Position numbers and translations under genes: made by a program
The notes under the pieces: model-generated
The model's input: the letters and a program-made list of their open reading frames with translations, nothing else
What the model was told of the DNA's origin: nothing
The model's database searches: none
In this document: positions 30,340 through 41,200 of the stretch, piece after piece
How the letters are laid out: the number at the start of each line of letters is the position of its first letter
Position numbering within the stretch: position 1 is the first letter of the stretch
From: an uncultured Bacillota bacterium
Lineage (GTDB): Bacteria > Sysuimicrobiota > Sysuimicrobiia > Sysuimicrobiales > Segetimicrobiaceae
DNA length: 64,000 bases
Direction: 5' to 3'
Assembly: GCA_963804645.1 (NCBI GenBank)
Contig: CAWDRG010000017.1
Location: 672,001 to 736,000 of the forward strand

Positions 30340-31122
30340 GTGTCCAGCATGTTTGATCTGAGCGGGAAGACCGCGATCGTCACCGGCGCGTCGATCGGGG
30401 GGCTCGGCTACTCGATGGCGCTGGCCCTGGCCGAGGCCGGCGCGGACGTGGCGGTGTGCGATGTCGAGGCGCGCCGCGCGGACCTCGAGACGACGGCGCG
30501 TGCCATCGGGGAGGCGGGACGCCGCGCGCGGATCTGCTGCTTCGACGTCACGGACGGGCCGGCGGTCGAGCGCGCCGTGCAGGACACGGCGCGCGAGTGG
30601 GGCCGTCTTGACGTCGCGGTCAGCAATGCGGGCATCGCGATGCCGAAACCCGCCTCGAGATCGGCTTGGACGAGTGGCGGCACCTGCTCGAGGTCAATCT
30701 CACGGGCACGTGGCTCTTCGACCAGGCGGTCGGCCGCGTGATGGTCGCGCAGCGGGCCGGCAAGATCATCAACATCGCGTCGCAGGTGGCGGCGATCGTA
30801 CGGGAGACCCCTCACGCGCCCTACTACGCGTCGAAGAGCGGGGTGCTCAATCTGACGCGCGCGCTGGCCGCCGAGTGGGGCCGGGCGGGCGTCTACGTCA
30901 ACGCGATCGCCCCGGGGGTCTTCTATCCGACGCGCATCAGCCGCCCCACGCTGGGCGCGCAGCCGGGCCGGCTGGAGGCGGCGGCCCACCGCACGATGCT
31001 CGGCCGCGTGGGCAATGCGGCCGAGGATCTCAAAGGGAGCCGTCGTGTTTCTCGCCTCGGCGGCGTCGGACTACGTCACCGCCCACATTCTGTACGTGGA
31101 CGGCGGCTGGACCGCCTGGTAG
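30340..31122 (+). pseudogene. SDR family oxidoreductase with two frameshifts
   Basis: TGASIGGLG and NAG in one frame, YYASK in a second, AVVFLAS...VDGGWTAW* in a third segment; indels near 30652 and 31032. Confidence 0.8.
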
Positions 31123-31230
31123 GCGGACCCGCGTGATCAGAGCAGGGGATGAGAAAACCCGAATGGAAACCCCGGTGATCACCACACGGGAACGCGCGCA
31201 CCGGGCGTGCGCGCGGGCGAAGGAGAACGC

Positions 31231-32633
31231 GTGATCGGTCACGAGCTCCCCGCGACGATACGGGATGTCGCCCCACTGATCCGCGCGCGCACAGTCTCTC
31301 CCACCGACCTAGTCGAACACTGCCTTGACCGAGTTGCGTCGCTCAACACGACGGTGCACGCCTACGTGACGGTCTGCGGGGAGCAGGCGCGGGCCGACGC
31401 GCGGGACGCGGAACGCGCGCTGCAGCGGGGGGAGTACCGGGGTCCGCTCCACGGGATCCCGGTCTCGGTCAAGGACGTCATCGAGACCAAGGACATTCCG
31501 ACCACGTGGGGGACGCGGGCGCTCGCCGAGTACCGGCCGCCGGAAGACGCCACCGTAGTCACGAAACTGCGCGAGGCCGGAGCGATCCTGCTCGGCAAAG
31601 CCAACGTCGACACATACCCGTATCACGGCGCCCCGGGCAGCCCGACCCTTGGCCCGACGCGAAACCCGTGGGATCTCGCGCGATCCGCCGAGCGCTCGAG
31701 CGGGGGATCGGCCGCCGCCGTGGCCGCGGGCTTCGACTACGGCAGCATCGGCACCGACAACGGCGGCTCGGTGCGAATCCCAGCGGCGACCTGCGGCGTC
31801 GTCGGTCTGAAGCCGACGTTCGGGCGGGTCAGCAAGTACCGTGTCTTCCCCTACAGCGTCTCATTCGACCACCCGGGTCCGATCGCCAGAAGCGTCTTCG
31901 ACTGCGCGTCGCTCCTCACGGCGATCGCCGGCCACGATCCCCACGACCCCGCGGCGGTCGACCGCCCCGTGCCCGACTATACGCGCGAGATCGAGGAGCC
32001 GGTGTCGGGGCTGCGCCTGGGGATTCCGGCCGAGGCCTGGGAGTCCAACGATCCCGAGGTAGTGCGGTCTGGTGGACGACGCGGTCGCGGTGCTCGCCAC
32101 GCTCGGGATGACGACCCGTCGCATCATCCGCCCGGCTTCCGCGATGCCCTGTGGGGCAACGTGCTCAGCGGGCTGGAGATCATGGAGATCGCGGGGACGT
32201 TGCCGCCCCCTAGCCAGCGGACGACGCGCTGGGCGCGTACATGGGCGTGCGGGCGCGAGGCTACCACGCGCGCCTCATCACGCTGGGGATGCGCATCCGG
32301 CGGGCGGCGCAGGCCCAGTACGCTGAGATCTTCCGTCAGGTCGACCTGATCGTCACGCCGACCGTCCCGGCGACAGCCCCGCTCTTGACCGAGGACGCAT
32401 CCCCTGGGCGCGTGCCGATGAACTCTTTGCGGAAATGCCGGCTCGATACACACGCGTTTTCAACTTCGTCGGGAACCCAGCGATCACCGTGCCGTGTGGA
32501 TTCACCGCGCAGGGCCTGCCGGTGGGCCTGCATCTCGCCGGGCGACCCGTTCGACGAATGCACGGCCCTCAGGGCAGGCCACGCGTACGAGCGGGCGACA
32601 AGCTGGCACCGGCGCCAGCCGGAGCTTTCGTGA
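31231..32633 (+). pseudogene. Amidase signature (GatA-like) family amidase with about five frameshifts
   Basis: GIPVSVKD, SSGGSAAAVA, GTDNGGSVRIPA, GLKPTFG; C-terminal half (TPTVP, GLPVG, AYE) spread over several frames. Confidence 0.82.
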
Positions 32634-32754
32634 CGCCGGTGCCCACCACCGCGCACACGTCGTCGAGGAACCCGCAGGCTCACTCGACCCGGTTCTCCAG
32701 GCCTCGCGCCCGACGCGGGATGACAAGGCTCGATGTGGCTCGAGACGACACCAC

Positions 32755-33682
32755 ATGACCGGCTACTTGCTCCGCCGCCTGTCGTACTCCCTGATCGCGT
32801 TCTGGGGCGTGCTGACGATCGTTTTACCCTCCTGCACATCACCGGGGATCCCGCCGCGCTGCTCGCCGGCGACCTCGCGACGCCGGATATCCTCCAGCAG
32901 ATCCGGCACGCCTATGGGCTCGACCAGCCGCTGCCCGTCCAGTACGTGCAGTTTCTCGGCCAGATCGTGCAGGGCAACTTCGGGTACTCCTACCGTCAGA
33001 GTCTTCCCGTGCTCGAGCTCATCGGCGGGCATATCGGCCCGACGATCGAGCTGGCCGTCTCGGCGCTGGTCGTCACGGTGCTGTCGGCATGCCGCTCGGG
33101 GTGATCGCGGGCGCCAACCGGGGATCGCCGGTCGACACGACTGCGATGTTGGCGTCGCTGTTCGGCCTGAGCATCCCAAGCTTCTGGCTGGGGTTGATGC
33201 TGATCATCGTCTTCGGCGTGCTGCTCGGCTGGCTGCCCGTTTCAGGGTACGGTGGCCTGAACCACCTGATCATGCCGGCCGTGGTGCTCGGGGGCTTCGA
33301 GGCCGCGCAGTTCAGCCGCCTAACGCGCACCGGCCTGCTGGAGGTCCTCGCGCAGGACTACGTCCGGACCGCCCGCGCCAAAGGACTCGCTCCGCGCTGG
33401 TGCTGATCAAGCATGCGCTGCGCAACGCCGCGCTGCCCGGTGCTCACGATTGTCGGGATGGGGTTCGGCCGGATGCTCGGCGGCGCGGTCGTCGTCGAGA
33501 CGATCTTCGCGTGGCCGGGCATGGGACGTCTCGGCGTCCAGGCCGTGCTCGCCCGAGATTTTCCGGTCGTCCTCGGGACGGTCGTGATCGGTGCCGCGAT
33601 CTTCCTGGCGGTCAATTTCTTCGTGGACATGAGCTATGGCTGGATTGACCCTCGCCTTCGGACCGGCGCGAGCGACGCGTAA
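32755..33682 (+). pseudogene. Peptide ABC permease (DppB-like), frameshifted
   Basis: YLLRRL, GDPA, GLDQPLPVQY, SIPSFWLG, DYVRTARAKG, ETIFAWPGMG, IDPRL in shifting frames. Confidence 0.85.
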
Positions 33683-34564
33683 GCGCGAGCGCGGGTTCTT
33701 GCGCCGCCTCACCGGCAACGCGTCCGGGTGGGTCACCTGCGCCCTGCTCGTGGTCCTGTTTGTCGCGGGGTTCGGCGCGTCGTGGATCGTCCCGTACAAT
33801 CCGTCCGCGCAGGACCTCGTCGTCGCGCTCCACACGCCGTCGCTCAACCCCGCGAACGGACACGTCCATCTCCTCGGCACGGACAAGCTCGGGCGCGACG
33901 TGCTGAGCCGCGTCCTCGTGGGGCTGCGCGTCTCGCTTCGGTGGCGTTTGCCGTGGTGCCGCTCTCCGCCGCCGTAGGCGTCGCGATGGGTGTCCTCAGC
34001 GGCTACATGGGCGGGCACGCCGATCTGGCACTGATGCGGGTCGTGGACGCACAGATGGCGATCCCCGCCCTGCTGCTGATGATCGCCGTGATCGCCGCGC
34101 TCGGCCCGGGGCTCGCGCAGATCGTCGGCGTGCTGGCGATCGCGGGATGGCCGATCTACGCCCGCGTCATCCGGAGCGAGGTCATCGGACTGCGCCAGCG
34201 AGAGTTCGTGGCCGCCGCGACGGCGGTCGGGGTCCCCAATAGGCGGATCATGATCCGCCACGTGGCGCCGAACGTGCTCCCGACCGTGATCGTCCTGGCC
34301 ACGCTGCAGCTGCCGATCGTGATCGTCTCCGAGGCCGCCCTGAGCTTCCTCGGGCTGGGCATCCAGCCCCCGACGCCGAGCCTCGGCCAAATGCTTGCCG
34401 AGGCTCAGGACGTGATCTGGCAGGCATGGTGGCTCCCCGTGATTCCGGGGGCCATGATCAGCATCGTCGTCCTGGTCTTCAACCTCCTGGGAGACCGCGT
34501 CCGCGACATTCTGGATCCCCGGCTGCGCGGCATCGCGTACACCCAACCGCGGCTGGGCCGGTAG
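33636..34564 (+). pseudogene. Peptide ABC permease (DppC-like), one frameshift near 33938
   Basis: HLLGTDKLGRD, REFVAAA, HVAPN, LSFLGLG, NLLGD...LDPR. Confidence 0.85.
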
Positions 34565-35060
34565 TCACCGGGCGCACGCCGTCAGGCGCGGCGGGAAGCC
34601 CCCGCCGGCGGGCGCCGCCCGGCCGCCGCGGCGCCGCAAACACTACCCGCGCCCCCAGCCGGAGTCCGAGATCTTCCCCCGTCACCGCGCGCGCCACAGC
34701 GATCACAATGTTCATGTGATTCGGCATGTGCGTGAGATCGTATCCCGCCACGCGGCCGAGGGTCCGGCGTCCGACCCGCACCTCGTCACCGACGAGCACC
34801 ACGCCGCCGTTCCGGAACTCGACGAAACCGAGGTACGCGATCCGGTTGACGGTCGCGCCGGGACGCGCGCCCGGCTCGTCGGTCGCGATCAATTCGTGGA
34901 CCGCGTGCGCGACGACGGCTCGAGACGGCTGCGGGATCAGCTCGAGATGCCGCTTGGCGACATACCCCCGCAGCACCACGACCAGGCTCCCGGACACCGG
35001 TACCCTGTCCGCGTACGCGTCGGCCCCGATCAACTTCGCGCCGTACGGATCCCGAGACAC
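34479..35060 (-). CDS. Conserved hypothetical protein (DUF6917-like); 3' end uncertain
   Basis: SRAV..HELIATDE, IAYLGFVEF, GYDLTHMPNHMNI resemble a family recalled from memory; GGAGG RBS; tail overlaps convergent dppC. Confidence 0.6.
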   Translation of the reverse strand: MSRDPYGAKLIGADAYADRVPVSGSLVVVLRGYVAKRHLELIPQPSRAVVAHAVHELIATDEPGARPGATVNRIAYLGFVEFRNGGVVLVGDEVRVGRRTLGRVAGYDLTHMPNHMNIVIAVARAVTGEDLGLRLGARVVFAAPRRPGGARRRGLPAAPDGVRPVTTGPAAVGCTRCRAAGDPECRGRGLPGG

Positions 35061-35087
35061 CCCGCGCCTCCTACCGCGTCCGCCGCG

Positions 35088-36062
35088 TTACACGGCGAGG
35101 ACGGTCCCGATTCCGCGCGCCTGCGCCCGCCGGTACAACTCCACCGCCGTCGCGAGATCCTCTAAGGCGACCCCGAGATTGAACACCAAGATCCGGTCGT
35201 CGGCCCGCCGCCGCCCTGGCGCGCGGCCCGCCACCACATGTCCCAGCTCCGCGCTGACTTCGCGCACCGCGGTAAAAAACCCGTCCCGCTTCATGTCGTC
35301 GATCTGCTGCACATCGTCCGCGACGATCGTGTCCATCGCCGAGACCGCCCCGGGCGCCCAGAACGAGTCGCGGTTCACGGACACGCCGAGCGCGCCGGGC
35401 GCGAGCCACTCGAGCTCGATCGGGTGGGGGCCGCGGATGTTGGGACCCGCGGTGATGATAATGTCGGCGCCGATCACCGCCTCGCGCGGGTCAGCCGCCC
35501 GCCGCGCGTCGAGGCCGAGCCGCGTCGACGCGTCGGCGACCAGCCTGTCCGCCGCCTCCGGGCTGACGTCGTAGGCTCGCACCGCGGCCACCGTAGGAAC
35601 CGCGAGCCGCAGCGCCTCCAGGTTGCTGCGCCCCTGCACCCCACACCCGAGAATCGCCACCGTGCTCGCCCCCTCACGGGCGAGCGCCCGGGCCGCGAGT
35701 CCGGTCGCCGCGCCCGTCCGCGCGGCCGTAATCCACGCGGAGTTCATGATCGCCAGCGGCGCTCCCGTCTCGGCATCGCTGAGGATGTACAACCCCTGGA
35801 CGTACGGGAGCCCGCGCGCCGGCGCACCGGGATTGCCGCTGTTCCATTTGCACCCGGCGGCCCCAAGCGCCGGAATGTAGCAGGGCATCGCACAGAAGAA
35901 CGAGTCCGCGCTGCGGACGATCCAACACTTCCCCGGCATCGTGGCACGCCCGGCCGCGTGCTCCGAGAACGCATGCCGCAGCAGCTCGATGATGTCCGGC
36001 ACGCCGAGATTCAACGACTCGAGATCGCCGCGGTTCAGGTACAGCACGGTCTGATCGGACAT
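35088..36062 (-). CDS. Ornithine cyclodeaminase/mu-crystallin family protein (paralog of 17558..18538)
   Basis: AMPCY, GCKW, ITAARTGA, GCGVQG, AFNLG/VFNLGVALED shared with paralog. Confidence 0.9.
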   Translation of the reverse strand: MSDQTVLYLNRGDLESLNLGVPDIIELLRHAFSEHAAGRATMPGKCWIVRSADSFFCAMPCYIPALGAAGCKWNSGNPGAPARGLPYVQGLYILSDAETGAPLAIMNSAWITAARTGAATGLAARALAREGASTVAILGCGVQGRSNLEALRLAVPTVAAVRAYDVSPEAADRLVADASTRLGLDARRAADPREAVIGADIIITAGPNIRGPHPIELEWLAPGALGVSVNRDSFWAPGAVSAMDTIVADDVQQIDDMKRDGFFTAVREVSAELGHVVAGRAPGRRRADDRILVFNLGVALEDLATAVELYRRAQARGIGTVLAV

Positions 36063-36092
36063 TCGGCGCCTCCGCCTCTGACGCGAGCCGAG

Positions 36093-37469
36093 TCAGGCGA
36101 GCGGCTTGCCGTCGCCCGGGCACCGGACGGCCTTCGACGCGCAGCGTACGGTCCAGGCCCATGCTCGCCAGCACCGTGCCGATGTCCGCCGGCGTCTTGC
36201 GCCGCAGCGGGATCTCGTCCATCGTGGCGAGGCGGAGCGCAAGGCGCGCGACCCGGATCGCCTCCATCTCGATGGTCTGCCCCGAGACTTTGTCGAGCGT
36301 GTCCATCGCCGTATGGCCGAAGCCCCGGAAGGCGGCGGCCGACTGGCCGGCCGGCTCCGAAAACAGAATGCCCGCGGGGACGCCGTACGCCGTGAACGAG
36401 TAGTGATCGGAGTGCAGCCAGAGCGACGCCTCGTCGGACACCGGGCCCTCGAACAGGCCGCCGAGAAAGTCGAGCGCGTCCGGCCAAGCCGGCACGTAGA
36501 GGGTGGCGTTCGCGCTTCGGGCGGAACCGTCGAGATTGAGCATGAACCGCATCGGATCGGCTTTGTGGCGTTCGACGAAGTAGCGCGACCCATGGAGTCC
36601 CATCTCTTCGCCGGCAAACGCCACGAACCGAAGTGTCCGCTTGAACTGGTCCTTGTAGCGGCCGAGCATCCGCGCCGTCTCCATCAACACCGCGCTTCCG
36701 GCGCCGTTGTCCATCGCGCCCTGCCCGATGTCGTGCCCGTCGTAGTGCGCCCCGAGGACAACGATCTCCTCCGGACTCCGCGTGCCCTTGAAGTCCGCGA
36801 CCACATTGTTCGACGTCACGGAATGATTCTCGTTGGTCGAGGTCACGCGCAGCCGAACGGGGCCGCGTTTCGCGAGCCGCTGCAGCGCGTAGCCCTCTTC
36901 GTACGAGACCGCGATAGCCGGAATCTCGCAGTAATATCCAAACCGGCCGGATCCGGTCTCCGCCAGACCGCCCGGCGACGCGCGCATCCAGATGAAGCCG
37001 ACCGCGCCGGCATCCAGCGCCCGGCCCAGTTTTTCGGTCCGGTGCATGCGGAGCGACGACGAACGTGGGGACGCCGTGTTCGCCATCACGATGGCGCCCT
37101 TCATCGCCTCCCGCTTCTCGTCGTACGTCTTGGGGTCGCCGGGGCCCACGTCGACCAGCGGGCCTTCCACGTCTCCCGGCGGACAATACGGAAGGGCGAT
37201 GCAGTTGATCGGCGCGTTCGATCGGGCTCGTCACCGACGCGCTGGGTTTCCTTGCGGGTCCACCCCTTCGTGCTGAAGCTCTCGATCACCGCCGAATCCG
37301 CCCCGGTCGCGGCGAACCGGTCGCGGATGAACTCCGCGGCGGCGTGTTCCTGCGGCGTCCCGAGGAACCGCGGCCCAAATCGATCCACCAAGTCCTCGAC
37401 GTACGCGCGGCCCGCGGTTGAGAAGTACAACTCCCCGACGATCTCTCGATCCATCTCCTCAAGCGTCAC
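36093..37469 (-). pseudogene. M28 peptidase (GEE type) with frameshifts near 37225 and 36120
   Basis: GAHYDGHD, GAMDN, FAGEE, HSDH, GHTAMDT; N-terminus (MDREIVGELYF) in a different frame. Confidence 0.82.
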
Positions 37470-37685
37470 GATCGTGACCTCCTCCGTGAGCGTGGCGGCA
37501 TCCGACCAGGCGGCGGCATGCCATCTGGGCCTCCCACATCCATTGCCCACCGTCGACCGACACCGTGTGGCCCACCACGGTGTCCTCGTTCCGCCTCCAG
37601 ACCAGCACGCGCGCTCGGTCCACGGCGCGCCGGTAGCCCCCGCGGCCGTCGCTGCGTCGAACGGTCGTGGGGTCCTCCGGTGTGC

Positions 37686-39386
37686 TCAGGTCGCGGCCGG
37701 CTCCGCGGACGCGGCCGGCGCCTGTGCGAGAAACCGTTCAACGCGCCGGCAGGCCTGACGCAGCGCGTGCGTCACCTCGTTACGCGCCCGAGCAAGATCA
37801 ACCGTCAGCAACTTGGCCGCGTCCGAGTCCGGATCCAGCGCCGCGAGACGCTGCGCGGGCTGGAGGGTCGGCAGAAAACCGCTGGCGCCGCCGGGGTCGT
37901 GCGCAAAGCGCCCCGTGATCTGGTAGGTCGGCGCGATCAGAATGCGTCCAAGATCGTGCACACAGGCGTTCGCGGCCTTGGTAACCTCCCAGTCGGCCCC
38001 GGCACCCGAGCGCACTGAGTTCAAGCGCCCGCACAGCGCCTCGAGCTCTCCCGCGGCCTGGAGCGCCGGCGTCAGGTCGAACTTCCCGCCGCACCGCTGG
38101 GCCAGCGTCTCGAGGTGCGTGCGGATGTCTGCGGCGGTGGCCGCGTAGTCGAGCGGCACGACGGGGTCTGTCAGCAGCCGGCCGAGGGCCAGGTAGTAGA
38201 TGGTGGCGTCCCGGACGAGGCGCGCCGGATCAATCTTGTCGACCGTGTCGTCCACCGTGTGAATCCACCACCCGAAGCTTCGGTCCGGCTGCCGCGACAC
38301 TTCGCCGAACATCGACGGGACGCCGACGCCCCAGAACGATTCGTCGCTCGTACGCCGCATGCGCTCGACCGGTGCCGTACCGCCGGCCGCGGTGGCGAGC
38401 GCCCACCCCGCCAGCGCGCTCAGTTCGACCATGGCGGTCGTGACGATGAGGTCGGCGCCCATGGCGCCGACGACATCGATATTGACGTGCGCCACGCAGT
38501 GCTGCTCGAGATCGAACCAGCAGTTGTCGGCGTACCAGGCGGACCCCGAGTACCGCCCGTGCGAGTGTCCGGACCAAAAGGCCAGCCGCAGGTCCCGCCG
38601 CAGGTCGGCGCGCCGCCCCGCGAACAACCGCATCATCTCCAACATGACCGCGTTCGCGCTCGCGTTGTCCATGGCGCCTTTGTGCCAGCTGTCGATGTGG
38701 CCCGAGAACAGCACGTACTTGCCCGGATCGGAATCGGGATGTCCGGCATGCAGGTCGCCGATGACGATCGGCGTCCGCGTCCACCGCGTGTCGACGTGGG
38801 CGCGCAGGTGCACGCGCACCGGCCCCGCGGCGCACAGGCCGCGCAGGCTCTCCCCGTCGGCCTGCGCCACGGAGAGCATCGGCGTGTGGGGCAGCGCGGC
38901 CACGGTGTGTTCCCCGGGACTGCCCCACACCGACGAGCAGATCATCTCCCCGATCACCGGGCCGCTCGTAAAGATCGCCGCGGCGACGCCGGCGCGGTCC
39001 ACGTTCGCGGCCGTGTCGGGCGAGGCCTTGGCGCCGACGAGCACGATCCGCCCGGAGAGCCCGGCCAGCGACGCGGGGCGCGCATCCGGGACGTAGACTA
39101 GGTCCCCCTCGAGGCCCGCCTCGGGTGTCGACGCGGCCATCGCGAGCGTGACGCACGGCACCGCCCGGCGGGTCGGAGCCAGCACCGTCAGGGACGCCTC
39201 CCCGGGCAGACTGATATAGGCGTCGTGCATCAAGATCGTGGCGCTGCAGCCCACCGCCTTCAGCTGCGCTTCGACGTAGCGCGCCGCCGCCAACTCCTCG
39301 GGGCTGCCCGCCGAGCGCGTCCAGCGGGTAATGGCCCGCACGTCGCTCATCATCCGATCGGCCGAGACTGCGTCTGCGTGAGCCAT
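37686..39386 (-). CDS. M28 family peptidase with PA domain, GHSH variant
   Basis: SGHIDSW, GAMDN, FWSGHSHGRYSGS, WIHTVDDT. Confidence 0.87.
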   Translation of the reverse strand: MAHADAVSADRMMSDVRAITRWTRSAGSPEELAAARYVEAQLKAVGCSATILMHDAYISLPGEASLTVLAPTRRAVPCVTLAMAASTPEAGLEGDLVYVPDARPASLAGLSGRIVLVGAKASPDTAANVDRAGVAAAIFTSGPVIGEMICSSVWGSPGEHTVAALPHTPMLSVAQADGESLRGLCAAGPVRVHLRAHVDTRWTRTPIVIGDLHAGHPDSDPGKYVLFSGHIDSWHKGAMDNASANAVMLEMMRLFAGRRADLRRDLRLAFWSGHSHGRYSGSAWYADNCWFDLEQHCVAHVNIDVVGAMGADLIVTTAMVELSALAGWALATAAGGTAPVERMRRTSDESFWGVGVPSMFGEVSRQPDRSFGWWIHTVDDTVDKIDPARLVRDATIYYLALGRLLTDPVVPLDYAATAADIRTHLETLAQRCGGKFDLTPALQAAGELEALCGRLNSVRSGAGADWEVTKAANACVHDLGRILIAPTYQITGRFAHDPGGASGFLPTLQPAQRLAALDPDSDAAKLLTVDLARARNEVTHALRQACRRVERFLAQAPAASAEPAAT

Positions 39387-39448
39387 CTCGTCTCCCCGCC
39401 CCCGTCCTGCCCGTGTGCGCGGTGCGGCCGAACGGCCGCGGTGGCGCC

Positions 39449-40816
39449 CTACCGCTCGCCCGGCAGCGCGCGCTGCTCGTAGCGGAGCACTTCGTCGAGG
39501 CCCATCCCCTCGAGCACCGCGCGCACGTGCGCCGGCGTTTGGCGCGCGAGCGACAGCGTGTCGAGGCTCAAAAGGCGCAGCGCCAGCCGCGCGACCCGGC
39601 TCGCCTCCATCTCGATCGCCTCACCGGAGACTTTGTCGAGCGTGTCCATGGCGGTGTGTCCATAGCCGCGCACGGCCGCGGCCGACGAGCCGGCCGGCTG
39701 ATCCGACATCACGATGGCGGCGGGAATGCCCTGTGCGCTGAAGTAGTAGTGATCCGAGTGCAGCCACAGCGCCGCATCGTCGTCGACCGGACCGTCGTAC
39801 AGGCCGCCGACAAAGTCCACGGCGTCGGGGAACGCCGGCGCCATGTGGAGCCGCGCGGTCAGGCTGCGGGCGGCGCCGTCCAGATTCAACATGAACCGGA
39901 TCGGCTCCGCGCCGTGCCTGGTCGCGTATTCGTGCGATCCGTGCAGCCCCAACTCCTCGCCGGCAAAGGCGACGAACCGCAGGGTGCGCTGGAACTGGGA
40001 GCGGTACGGGCGGAGCACTCGCGCCACCTCCATCAACACCGCCACCCCGGCGCCGTTGTCCATGGCGCCCTGGCCGATATCGTGCCCGTCGTAGTGGGCC
40101 CCCAGCACGATCAGTTCCTCGGGGTGCGTGCGCCCGCGAAACTCTGCGACCACATTCTGGGTCGACACCATGCGGTTCTCGTTTGTGGAGTGAATCGCCA
40201 CGACGGCGGGCCCACGCGCGGACAGGCGCTGCAGCGCGTACCCATCCTCGTACGACACCGCGATCGCCGGGATCTCGCAAAACCGGCCGATCTGCGCCGC
40301 CCCGGTCTCCGGGAGGCCGCCGGGCAGGCCGCGCATCCAGATGAATCCGACCGCCCCGGCGTCGAGCGCTCTGCCCAGCTTCTCGGTCCGGTGCATGCGG
40401 GAGCCCCGCGACCTCGGCGTGACCGTGGTCGCCATTACGATCGCGCCCTTCATGGCCCCACGGAGCTCGGCATACGTCGCGGGGTCACCGGCGCCAACGT
40501 CCAGAAGCGGACCTTCTACGTCGCCCGTCGGGCAGTACGGCAGCGCGATGCAGTTGACGGCGCGCTCCACGGGCCGGCGCACGAGCAAGCGCGTCTCCTT
40601 GCGGATCCATCCCGGGCAGGTGAAGGATTCAAGCGCGGCGGAGTCTGCGCCGTACCCGGCGAACCGGTCGCGGATGAACTCCGCCGCCGGACGCTCCTGC
40701 GAGCTTCCCAGAAACCGCGACCCGAAGCGATCGACGAGCTCTTCGAGAAACCGCTTGCCCTCGGACGAGAAGTAGAGATCCCCGACGATCGCGCGATCCA
40801 TCTCGGCAAGCGTCAA
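39449..40816 (-). CDS. M28 family peptidase with PA domain, GEE type
   Basis: GAHYDGHD, GAMDN, FAGEELGLHGS, HSDH, GHTAMDT; TTG start after GGAGG. Confidence 0.88.
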   Translation of the reverse strand: MTLAEMDRAIVGDLYFSSEGKRFLEELVDRFGSRFLGSSQERPAAEFIRDRFAGYGADSAALESFTCPGWIRKETRLLVRRPVERAVNCIALPYCPTGDVEGPLLDVGAGDPATYAELRGAMKGAIVMATTVTPRSRGSRMHRTEKLGRALDAGAVGFIWMRGLPGGLPETGAAQIGRFCEIPAIAVSYEDGYALQRLSARGPAVVAIHSTNENRMVSTQNVVAEFRGRTHPEELIVLGAHYDGHDIGQGAMDNGAGVAVLMEVARVLRPYRSQFQRTLRFVAFAGEELGLHGSHEYATRHGAEPIRFMLNLDGAARSLTARLHMAPAFPDAVDFVGGLYDGPVDDDAALWLHSDHYYFSAQGIPAAIVMSDQPAGSSAAAVRGYGHTAMDTLDKVSGEAIEMEASRVARLALRLLSLDTLSLARQTPAHVRAVLEGMGLDEVLRYEQRALPGER

Positions 40817-40897
40817 CCCGCGTCCTCCCAACCCCCTGAGTTCCGCACGACCACGAGCCGGCGCAGCGTACGCCTGTCGCGATCTGCCGGCGACGGC

Positions 40898-41200
40898 CTA
40901 CAACATCAACTGCAGGGCCTCGCGCCCCGTCATCCCGGGCCGCACCCCCAGGGCCTGAGCCGCTGCGGTGCAGTCCCGGACCTTGGCGTCGAGAATGTCC
41001 TCGATTTCGCGCACCCCGGTCACGCGCGCTCCGACGACTTGCCGCTCGGGGTGCATCGCGTCGAGGATTGTCACATCGAAGAGGCCGCACCCGACGAAGC
41101 CCTTGGCGGTGCTGATGGTGAGATCCCGCGCCTTCGGCAGCTCCACCATCACCCCGATGGCCACCCCGCCCGCGAGCGCCACCGGCCGCACATCGATCAC
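40898..41200 (-). CDS. YunC/DUF1805 family protein
   Basis: LPK, KGFVGCG, ARVTGV, GMTGREAL; GTGA overlap with upstream gene. Confidence 0.8.
   Translation of the reverse strand: MIDVRPVALAGGVAIGVMVELPKARDLTISTAKGFVGCGLFDVTILDAMHPERQVVGARVTGVREIEDILDAKVRDCTAAAQALGVRPGMTGREALQLML

Noticed and set aside
31231..32633. gatA of Glu-tRNA amidotransferase
   Set aside because: No gatB or gatC; catabolic context and divergent motifs
30340..34564. Programmed frameshifting or phase variation
   Set aside because: Indels are numerous, in both directions, and lack long repeats or slippery heptamers
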